NCBI RefSeq assembly: GCF_964204645.1
Contig: NC_134036.1
Span: 3,410,001-3,474,000, forward strand
Direction of reading: 5' to 3'
Origin: Tubulanus polymorphus
Lineage: Eukaryota; Animalia; Nemertea
DNA length: 64,000 bases
Of this stretch, positions 36,382 through 48,300 are shown piece by piece. The translations under genes and the position numbers were made by a program. The notes under the pieces were generated by a model. The model had not been told where the DNA came from. It worked only from the letters and a program-made list of their open reading frames with translations, and did no database searches. How positions within the stretch are numbered: position 1 is the first letter of the stretch; each line of letters opens with the position of its first letter.

Positions 36382-39300
36382 CTGTAAAGAGTAACGGAGA
36401 GAAAACGTGTGAAGATCGCGATGACATTAAAAATCAATGAATTCGTCTGATGAAGGTAAGTAACGTGCGAAACCATGCGGTTAAAAACAAACTAAATTCA
36501 AAACTGATGCATTAGTTCATTCATTTCTCTCTACAGTCTAGCTATACGAATTAAGACATGTGGTGGCATAGGCCCATCAGATTCAATTCCCGGCGAGGGA
36601 GGAATGTGGCTAAGCCTTGTGATGCCACCAGGTTCAGATCTCTGCAAGGGAGGAACGTGGTGTAATCTCACGATGCCATCAGGTTTTAATCCCTGCGAGG
36701 AACGTGGCAGAGTCTCGCGACGCATCAGGTTCAGATCTCTGGTAGGGAGGAATGTGGCCGAGTCTAGTGATATAATCAGGGTCAAAGCCCCGACGAGGGA
36801 GGTAAGTGGCTGAGTCTACCGAAGCCATCAACGACCTAAGTCGCACGATAGTTAACCTACCTCTCGTGATAGACATCTGGGTGATCGTATTCAGGATGCA
36901 ATAAATGCCGATCGTAACCTACGGAGAGATCAATAGCAGAAAAAAACAGGCGATTAGTGTTAAACTCGACATGCAACTAAATAACTACACATTACAGCTA
37001 CATCAAACTCTCGTGCCTCTATCACATCCCTAGAGCAAATCTGACATTCAAATGGTGCGACTAAAACCGTTATCGGGTTGAAGGACTGCGCCCTCTTGTG
37101 ACTTCCTAATGAATTATTATTTCATGCAAACGACTTCTCTAAATTTCGTTCACCTGTCGCTCATAAATGCTATGCGTCGACCAATTCCACTCTGGGAGGA
37201 CACAACTACACAGTTCTGCGAGATTCAACTCACCAAGAATTAGAGATAGATTCATTTTCGCTTAACTTCCAAAAACTCTTTAACCCTGTAGATGCATTGA
37301 AAGGGTTAAGAGTCGAAAACAGCACTGCGTAGCTTAGTCCGGCATGCAAGAGAATTCTGACTCGGTCGTCAGCGTTGCTCTCGTTTTTAGGAAAGTTATT
37401 TATCGCTCTGTTCTATAACATACCGGCCATGGCAGCGTGTTGAGCTAATTCATCCGGGTTCATCGACTGCGGCTGTCGTCCCGGCAATTCTTCTGACTTC
37501 TCTTCCTCCCGACGTTTTAAACAAGCTGCTTTCGGGTTTAGATTTCGCTCTGCAGAAAAAAGAAGATCGAAAATCGTTAATTCACGTTTCTCGACAATGT
37601 TACTACATGGCTGGGAGGATGACGCTAGCTCTGAAACCAACTTTCAAAAGGGAAACCCAGAAAGAAGCCAAAAAGTGAGCCATTACCACTGACAAACAAA
37701 TTGTAACCTATGAACCCCGAATTGACGAGGTACTATAATCATAGTTCCCTGAGCTTTCCCTGATTTTTCTGACTGCGTTTTCCAGGTTTTGCAGGTCAGT
37801 GGCCGCCCTGAACAACTTTTACAAATAGGTAGAGAACATAGGAGGATTGATGTTTTGGCTCAGTTCCAAGAGCCAGTTTTCTTCACACTCGAATCGAATA
37901 GACAGTCACTCGTCTACGGACGCTCTCCACACGTCTCGTCGTTGCCGACCTTATCCGACCGGAACATACCTCTCACTTGTTGCTCTAATTGAGTGATAAT
38001 ATTGACGGCTTGTTGCAGTATCATTAGTTTAGTCAGCGGCTGCGTGCTGCCCGTGTGAATCGTCACCATGTGCCCGAGTTCTTTGAACGACTCGTTAATA
38101 TCGCGCACGCGAATCCTGAAAACGATACAAACATCGAAAAACACATAAACGGTTAGACGCCGTCGCTGATCGAGTGTTGCTGCCCGGCTCTATCCACGCG
38201 TCAGGATTGAGGAATATTTGAAAATACCGTTCCGTCGATCGAAAACCGTGCGAAATTTCGTTTTTCCCCGGTTTTTTTTTTCTCAACTATTCGTAGCCGA
38301 TATGAGCGGTGGTTCTCGTCGCCTAGCAACACCCGACGCGCGCAGACGTCCTCCGCAGCAGTCGTCGTAGATACGTACCTCGAACTTGATTCTCGAGTTG
38401 CGTAATCACGGCGACCGCCTGCTGCAGTATTTGCAGTTTCGTCAACGGCTGCGCCTGTTGCTGATGCGGTTGTTGCCGCGGCGACGATGTTGCTATGGCG
38501 ACGGCCCCGCCGGGCGTATGTAAGGCTATCATTTGACCTAGTTCCTTTAATGCGTTGTTTATGTCACGACCGCGAATTCTGCAGTGTATAAAACGTATTC
38601 ATGATGTTTAATTAATATCGTTGTGCTCCCCAATTATTGTCAACCTACGGGGTCCCGGTCCCGGCCCCCACCCGGTTAAAAACCCTTCAAAATCAAACCC
38701 CCAGATTATTACCCCTCATCCCTTAATTATCAAATTAGCATGTAACCAGGCATAACTTGCATGTTAATCAGTAGATTTGTGAAGCGCCTGTTTCATTTTT
38801 TCATTTTTGAATTGTTCAAGTGTGTGTCAGTGAAAACTGCATCTACAGCCCGTTGTATGCTGAGCAGAAAAACAAGTTTCTGACTGTGTTTGCGCATACT
38901 AATCAATTTGATACTCATTACGCCCAAAAATTACCTCTAGCCACAACATTACGAATAAAAGAACCTCATTGAGTTAAGACTGATTATCCAGAAAAAAATA
39001 GAATTTACAAATTTAAACCAGATAACGTATTCTATGACCCCCGATGTAACGAAATGGACCGACAAGAAATAAGGCGAGTTATTTTGCGTAGGATTTGATT
39101 CGATTAGATTTTTTTTCACTTAATGATTTTGAGATTTAGAAATTTCGCCGAGAATCAAAAACGGAAAAGACACAAACCACGAATGAAGAGCAGAGAAAGT
39201 CGTGACATAAACAAAACATCGTTTGAAAAGGACGAATTTCGATAGAATTTGTGATCGATTGTGATTTTACGAGAAATAAAATTTTTGCGCGCGAATGTGC

Positions 39301-42300
39301 TACGCGTGGATAGAGCTGGCGGGAAGATCGTGAATTCGGGATGAAAGGTACGACGAGAGAGAGAGTGGGCGCGAGTGCTTACCTTTCACGGGCGTTATTC
39401 GCCTGGCGTCGTAATCTCTCGCGTTCGGCCTTCGTTTCGGGAGATTCGTCCTCGTCGGGTTCCGTTCTGAATAAATAATCGAAAAGACGAAAACATGAAT
39501 TCATCGTCGCTCAAACGCAAACAACATTTCATCGACGCACTTTATCAACTGCTGATATACAATAGATAGATTCGTATTCGATTTATAATGACAAACAAGT
39601 TGTGCCAGTTCCACTACCAGTTTCACAAAAAACCTTTCGAAAAATATCTTCTTCAATTTATAAATTAAGTTCATGCTTATCAAATTTTCAGCGTTTGCAA
39701 AATATCAAAATCTATAAAACCAGATATAAAACCGGATACAAAAATATTGAAATTAAAAAAAAAAAATTAGTAGGATTTCCGCAGAGGAAAATCTTTTTTG
39801 ACAGCTTTTTTGTGAAACCATTCGCGTCCTGGATATTTTTATAAAGTTAGTTCAAAACCACAATTTAGACCTTTCGCCTCGATTAATGGTGAAGGGATTT
39901 TTTGAAATATCGCTGTACACCGCCGTAAAAAGAAATCCCACCTCCGCAGACGCGCGGAGGCAATGAATAAAGCAAAAACTACAACCCAGAGAGGAGAAAA
40001 GTTTAATAGAAATGTATAAGAGAGAGGCAGGGAGGGAGGGAGAGAACGGGGGCTAAAGATCGAAGAGGTTTCATTTATAGAATTCTATATTCATGCAGAG
40101 TTGTTTCCGATTCCCACCACTACAAAAATCTACTTTAGTAATTTCGCTATCCAAACATCGATCCGTTGTAGTTCTTAATTTCAAGTTGCATCTCAATATA
40201 TCGATATTTCTGTCCAATAAACAGGGTGGACATGTTTCTGAATTTCAAGTCTACTACGCTCTACTCTGTAGAGCGCAAAGTTTGGTGTTCATATGATTTC
40301 TAGGATCGATGTTTAAGATTAATTAGCTGTGATTAGATTCTCATTCACCAGTCAAAACAAATACCGAGTAATAAATCAAGTTGCTTTCAAAAAAGTCACT
40401 CTCGCAAGTCTGCAATTTTCATTTTTTCTCTCCCCTTTCGTAATCAACTAAGGAGTAAGTCCCCTTATCGAAATCAACACTAACGCGCTAAAATCAGGGA
40501 TTGTGGCTTGGAAAAGAAGGCAGGTATTAATTAAATTTTTTTTTCAGGTTTTATTTCCGATTCCCTGGATTCAGTCTTATTCGCTCGGTATACAGCATAG
40601 GCCAATTCGCCTGAATCACGAAGAATCAGAGAATATTCTCAAAATCATCTAAATATATCCAGAATTGACGCATTAATCATTGCTATAGTTTAAATTTACA
40701 TTCACAACATTCATTTAATCATCAACGATTACGGCATTTTTTTTCAGTAACAATTTGTGTCAGCTTCACAATGGTGCAAATCAAACAAAGACATCTTTTT
40801 AGTTATTTCCCCGAATTTTGAATATCTCGTACACCAAACATGCCCGAACAAGTTCAACTTCGAAAGCCACCCCTAATTCAGACCCGGAGATTGTAAACCC
40901 AAAATGAAATTTGTTAGAATTTCTTTTTACACAATCTAATATCGTTAACCCCTAAGTATATTTTTTGTTTTCAATCTTAGTTTCTAAAATTACGTAAAAT
41001 TCATCCAAACCCTTCGAAATAAATTGTTAAGTAAACCCATTTTTCGGAGATCTCGAAATAGATGGATTACCAATCAAGTTCTACGCGAAGTTAATTCCGG
41101 GTCTAATTGCCCCTCAAGTTAAACGAAAACATTTTAGGTCCCCCGAATTATGAAACATTCTTTGAATGTCTGAAATGCATTCTCGTTGTGCCACATCACA
41201 GTAACATGATTTTGTATCTTATTCATTTGTTTTTTGGTCTAGTTACCCATCAGGATTTTCGTTATCCGACATTGGCTCCGAAGAGCACATAGTGTTAATT
41301 GCAGACCTGCACGCGCGACTTAGAGTTGCTAGGGTTACAGACCTAGAATGGTTTGATAGCGAGTCCGCGTCCCTGAAATGATACGAAAAAATTAATTCAA
41401 TACATTTTCACGATAAACTGCAACAGAGATTTCTCAAACAAAACTGACAAGACAGTGGAACTGGATCCAGAGACAAATTAAACCCGCACAACTTATGAAC
41501 TGGATCCAGAGTCAAATTAAACCCACACAACTTAGGAACTGGATCCAGAGTCAAATTATACCCACAACTCAGGAACTGGATCCAGAGTCAAATTAAACCC
41601 ACACAACTGTGGAACTGGATCCCGAGTCAAATTAAGCCCACCCAACTGTGCAACTGGGGCAGTCAAATCAGACCCACACAACTGTCAAATAACTACCTGA
41701 ACATCTGCTGCAAATTTTCTCCTAGTGACGTCGGGCAAACCTCGTCAAACTTTGAGCTGGAGTTCTCAGTGTTTTGAAACTTTTTCCTGCAAAGTAAGAA
41801 ACGCGCGTAGACAATGAAAACACGTTCCGATTGAGTCAAATGAAACGAACGAAGACGTATTACGAATTGATACAAACCTCGGTCGTTTCGAACCATTGGA
41901 AGGAGTTGAAGGAGTTTTTGGAAGTGGTTTCTCATCTTTTTCCGACTTGTTGTCGTCGCGATGATTTTCTATTTTTTCGACCTGCAAATGAAACGGGGAA
42001 CGTAAGATAATCGGAACTATCAAAAATATATCGTAATCGAACAATGGTGAACTCAGTTATAACCCAAATGCATTTTTTGCTGGTATTCTAAAGGGGCTGG
42101 AATCATGGAGTATGACATCTAGGCTGCTGAAGTAGCAAGGCCTTCAATACCCGAAAAAGTACGGAAAATTAAAGCCCCATTTTGGTGAAATCTATTTCTG
42201 GTAAGAGCAGCAGATATTCTATAAGGGGTGGATGATTTTCAGAGGTGTCGATGTAAAATTGAAAGGAGTGGCCCGTTGTTGAGAACACCGAGACCCTGGG

Positions 42301-45300
42301 CATAGTTAAAACTCATCACACGTTAGCTAAGGTTTTCTACTCGGGATCGACTTCTCTCGACTGGTATGAAATACGTACATGTACCTTAATGCTACCATCA
42401 GTGGTTTGTTCGGTATGTTTATCGGCCGTACTCGACGGCGGCATGTACCCGCCATCGACGTGGTCTAGACCGGCTCCTGACGCCCGCGCCCGCTCGTCAG
42501 GGGGAAGGTGATGAGCACTATTCGGCTGAAACGACAACGAAAATAGAAAACGATTATCAAAACGAGCGGTTAAAATTTCGAAAAAAACAAAAACATAAAC
42601 GCAGAGGAATCGAGTGATGATAGACAACTAGAAAGTTACTTCAGTTACAAGGAAGAAGATTTTCTGGCCTCCCTTTTCATGTGGAGAGGATGGAAGATTA
42701 TTTTCAGGGACATTCTTTTGCTCAGCATATCATCATCGGAATTGAAACCATGTTTAAAAGAACTGTCTATGAACACATACATGTCGCTTTAGAAAAAGCA
42801 AATATACAGTAGACTCAACTGTTCAACTCAACTCATGTTTGTTGGGATATTTTTTGGAATACTATTTATTGAATACAAAACATCAAACTCCGATATCACT
42901 CAAATCGGACACATTTCTACAGTTTCAATACATCTGACTTGAGCTGAGTCTACTGCAGTTTTGATTATAGGTTAATCGCTGATTTCATTAGACAATAACA
43001 TATAGGCAATAGGCGAGAACATCGGTTATTGAATTGATAACTAGTTCCTACTACACTGTGTGTGTGTAAGAACCCTAAATAGAACATGCACACACACTCA
43101 CGTTCAGAGTTGAGGGTAAGACTACTAAATCGAAACACATGTGTTACTGCTTATCACCAGTGACTTATCATCATCATCAGCATTCAAAGGTAAAACTGAC
43201 ATAATCCTCTGAGAGGCTTCCAGTAGGAGGAGAACCCGTGGGCTTCCAGGAAAACTCTGATGAGTAAACAATCCTATAACTCCCTGACCGGTAACCCCCT
43301 CGCCTAATGAAGGCTGGCTACTACTAACATGTTGAATATCTATGTCTAAAGCTGGGTAGACAGTCTATCATACATTGGCAAGAACATCAGTCATTGAATT
43401 GATAACTAATAATTTTTTCTTAAACCCTTACAAGTTCAAAAGCATGATACCTATCCGTTCCACTAAACTGGCATCCGACATTTACAATAAAAACTTTCAA
43501 CAATGTTTTGAAACTAGCTCCCAAATTTACAGTTTTAAAACTGAAGGATACCCGCGGCCGCGCATTCTAAACGGTGTATTGTTTTTATAGTAATATATCA
43601 TCACTACCGCTCGTGAACTCTTTAACTAATAACACTTGTACAAATACAGAGGTTCTAATTCGCTCTGCTCCTTCTCATCTACAATACACTATAGCAGGGC
43701 CTTCAACATCATCGCTAGTACTGTCTGTTACATTCTCAACCTGATTTATAGGCCCTGCTAAAGAACAGGGCTAATCTTCACCCGGGGCCGGACGAGGAAT
43801 CCTGTGGGGGAGATCCTAAGCTGACCGAATTGAGGATCCCCGTGAAAGACATTCACCTGGCAGAATCGAGGATATTATGAGATCTTCACCTGGCCACATG
43901 GAGGATTCCAGCGGGGAAGATCTTCACAGGACTGAATGAGGAATCCTGTGGGTCGGACCTTGTCCAAATGATTTGAGGATTCCCGGGGAAGACCTTTACC
44001 CAACCAGATGAGGATTCCCCGACAAGATCTCTACCCAACCGACCGAATCGAGAATTCCCGGAGAGAATCTACGCACACTTTTCACGTAATCGTAACACAT
44101 ACCGAGGGCGAAGAATACCACGAGGCGTTCGATCCGTAAAGCTGTCCGGTTGTGTAGTAAGCCGCCGGCGAACTGACCGGATGATGATGATGATGCTGCT
44201 GCTGATGAGGATGGTGAGGATGACCGTTCAGATGCTGATACGTGAACGCGTTACCGTTCGTTAAATTCGTGTAACCGTTCGTTAGATTGGGCGTCGTCGA
44301 CGGCGACAACGACGCGGGCCCGTTATTGTTGTTGTTGTTGGAATGTGTCGACAGGTTATACGGCGCGTCCATGACGCCGGCGCCACCTGGTGGCATCATG
44401 TAGTTATAACCCTGCAGACCTCCGACGTCCTGCATCGGGTAACCGGCGTTATTGTATCCCCACTGCGTACACCACATCGTAGCGATTCTCAACGATTCGA
44501 TTCGCGGCGAATCGGACGAAACTGATTCTCGAAACTAAAATAATTGTCTTCTTCCGTGTCTTCTAAATTCACTAGAATCTTTCTCTAATTTTGCTACGTG
44601 TTTGAAAAGTCAGTATTCCCGAAGATAAATCCGATATTTCAGAGACTTTCGCGACCTCTCAGTTTGGTGAAAATCTCCGATTCGCTCCGCGTTTGAACTG
44701 GTTTATATCGCTTGATTCCTGATTAAGAGATTTATATGTGACCTTTTCAAAAAACGCCGTTGTTAAAAATGTATATATATTTCGGTGTATACGCACAGCA
44801 GATGTGTTAAGTGCAGGAACGTGTGGTGTAATATGTGGCTAACACATGTCTGCCAGGAACACACTGATTATTAGAACATCACCGATATATTCAACACAAT
44901 AGACAGCACAACAACAGCAGCAGCAACAGTTCCAAAGAAATTTCGATTGTAGTTAAAATATCCACGAGAGATCAATGTTTTCTAAGTTTTATAAGCCACG
45001 TCCCAGGTTAATAACTTCACTTTAGAGAGAACAGAATACCTTTACAACGTTCGGTCGAAATTCGCGCATCAAAAAAAAAACCGGTCGATAGAATTTCTGA
45101 TGATGTGTCCCGAAATCGAAACCAGCGATCTAATGAATCTACACTCTCAGCTCGAATATAGCCTAGCCCTATATCCTGACTAGCCGAAAACTTATCCAAC
45201 GAGCCACATTTTGAAATTAATTCCAGTCGCCAATATCCAAAACTACTTTTTCAAACTGAACAAATTCCGAATTCGTCTGTCTGTCTTCCGCCACGTTGTG

Positions 45301-48300
45301 TTCTATCTAATCTAATCTGTAGATGAGTCAAAGAGATTCCCTCACTCTCTTCCAGTTGTGTTCAAGTCTATCGAGTCTATAGAGAAAGCTTCACTCACTC
45401 GCTCATACACTGTACAGAGATAGAGAGGTATCATTCGACCATGTGACAGCCAGATGCAGTGCAGTTACACCGACCGCGCGTTCTGATTGGCTCGTTTTGT
45501 TTATCTGCCAGACTCTCAAGTGCCTCTCTAAAATCCAAAACTTGTAACAGAACTTCCTGGTTTTTGTGCGCCGAGCGAGGGCCCTGAAGAGCGCACTTCA
45601 CACCGACGCAGAAAGAAAGAGGCAGGGAGAGAGAACGAGGGGGTCTTTCGAAATTATTGAACAGAATCTATACACTGTTTGAATAATGTTCTCTTGATCT
45701 CAGGAGAAGCAAATTCCCACACTGTCATGTCAAATTTCATTTTGAAATTCAGCATGAAAATGGCTAAGATATTGGGACCGTGGTGGCTTCAAAATTAAGA
45801 GATAAATTTGATTGGAACCGCGGTGGCCTCAAAATTAAGCGATAAATTTGATTGGAACCGCGGTGGCCTCAAAATTAAGCGATAAATTTGATTGGAACCG
45901 CGGTGGCCTCAAAATTAAGAGATAAATTTGATAGGAACCGTGGTGGCCGCAAAATTAAGAGATAAATTTGATTGGAACCGCGGTGGCCTCAAAATTAAGA
46001 GATAAATTTGATAGGAACCGTGGTGGCCGCAAAATTAAGAGATAAATTTGATTGGAACCGCGGTGGCCTCAAAATTAAGAGATAAATTTGATCTCGAATC
46101 TTTTTCATACATTTTCTGACTCCAATTCGATTTTCCAACCTTTCAAATATTTCGAGGCTTTATTTTACCCGACTTTTCCAATTCAACAATAACGAAACCG
46201 AAAATAATATCTCTAATTTTGACAATGAAAAATAATATGTATATTTCCTCTCTATATTTTCTTTCTATTCCCAGAGAGAGAGAGAATCTCTCTACTACGT
46301 TCAAGGAGAAGTGATTCATTTTCAAAGAGCCACAGGCTTCGGTTTTCAGCTTTCATAAATATTTCGCCCCGAGGGCCACTTATAATCGCTATCGAATACA
46401 CTACAGAATACACTACAGACTCCTCCGGTAAAGATGGGTCAAGTACTTCGGGGCTTGCGGCTTGGGTTTAGCTTACAGACGCTTTTATTGACAAAGGGAC
46501 ATTCAGGGAAAAAGTTAAACTCCCCGCGCATTGACAAAAACCGGCTTGCGTTCGGATGTTTCTTTTTAATCTCCATCAAAAATTTACTATGAAAACTTTT
46601 TTTGAAAATATTATCGCAAAAAATAATACGCGCGCGTAAAAACTAAAATTCCATTCCGAAGAAGACTGATGATATACAGTGTAATTTCTGGATCCCAACC
46701 ATCTAGAAATTCGGTCTATCGATATGAAAAACCTGCGATATCAAACTAGTTCAGGAAGTGTGAATTTGACCAATTACATAAGTATTAAGTGATAATATGC
46801 AGGGCTGTGTCAACATCTGAAAAGTTGCCATCAGTAACTAATTGAACTTTTTAACTAACATTTCATTATGAAAGAAAATTTTAGAATTTATCAGTAATCA
46901 ACAGTAACAGTAAGACCCTAAGTAACATCTTTCATATTTCTGTTAAAATTTATCAGTATTTTTCTTTATAAAGTAATAACAAATACTGAAAACAATAACG
47001 GTGTTGAAGCTCTGAATGTGCATGCGAAAAATCCACAATCTGGACGATCCGAAATTTGGATTTTGAACTAAATACATCTTCATCAATCTCACAAACCAAA
47101 TGAATCGCAAATGATGTGAATCGTTAGACCAGGGATTCTGATGGCGACAATGAGTAAGATTGAGTGGAGGAGCCCCTCACACGCCGGCTACAGTCAAAAG
47201 GTTTTCACCGACTCACTCCGAGAGGGGGTAAACCGAAAAGAGAAAGGAATAGAGGGTATAATTGTAACTGACAGTTATAGGTTGCCGCCGGTAACTGCAG
47301 TTACATCTGTTTCCTATTACTACCGCTACTGGTAAATTGCTTATAACTGCGTTTACGACTTTTATTTTCGTCGATCCGTTAATTTCGTCGCTCCCGATCA
47401 TCATTGAACTATTAATCAAAGCTAATTTTCGCTGATCGCTTAATTTCGGTAGTTCGCCAATTTCCGGCAAATTTTTAATTCTGCCAAATATCGATAATTC
47501 CCGATTCCTGGCAAACTATTCATCAATTCATTCCAACCCGGCTAAATTTTTTCCTTAAAATTTTTTTTTTCTTTGGACTAAAATATGTCCAGCAAATAGC
47601 GACGATTTTCCTCTAACCGCCAAAGATGTTCAGGATTTGAACATCAGCGCTGTGAATGCTTATTAACTACCGCCCCCTGGTGAGCCGCGAGTTTAAAACC
47701 ACACTGCGACAGGAATTTCCCCTCGCCGAAATATACACAAACTGAGGCAGGTATTTTGTGGTTATACGTGAAATACAGCTATCAATCTCGTGCAGCCTGG
47801 GACCGCCCCTTTACGCATTCATTATAGCGTAGATGATCAGTTTATGAAAGTGAGCTCTGATATGTCTCAGGTGAAGTTCTGAATACATTTGAAGCCAGGA
47901 CAATCAAGTTGCTAGAAGAATGCTAAAGTCAGAATGATAAACTCAGGGTTTCTTTTTTCATACCTTTTCTATACCCAGATTATAAATTTTCGATAGCCCT
48001 AAGTTACAAATCGCCCAAAAAAGTGACAACTGCCAATTGTAAGTAAGACAATTACGCATAATAGCCTAACATCCAAAATAGAAGGAACATTTTATTTTGG
48101 GACCATTTTCTGATTTTCCATCTTTCTATAGCTATAGATAAGAAGAGAAACCAGAATTAACCAAAACTTCCATAGCTTTTCCAAGGCCTGGAAAAGAATA
48201 TTCCCATTTTCCGGAACTTTCAGAAACCTGCACGAACCCTGAAAAGTGATTGATAGGAACGTATTGATCGGAAGAACTTACCATATGCGAGGGATATGAC

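Noticed and set aside
37934-39359. Shared TCTCGTCG downstream of both HLH exons, complementary to CGACGAGA at ~39351
   Set aside because: Only 8-9 bp, and the geometry would exclude both exons or require a pseudoknot; too weak to claim.
39942-39978. Possible microexon before the basic-region exon
   Set aside because: 37 nt, not frame-preserving, weak donor.
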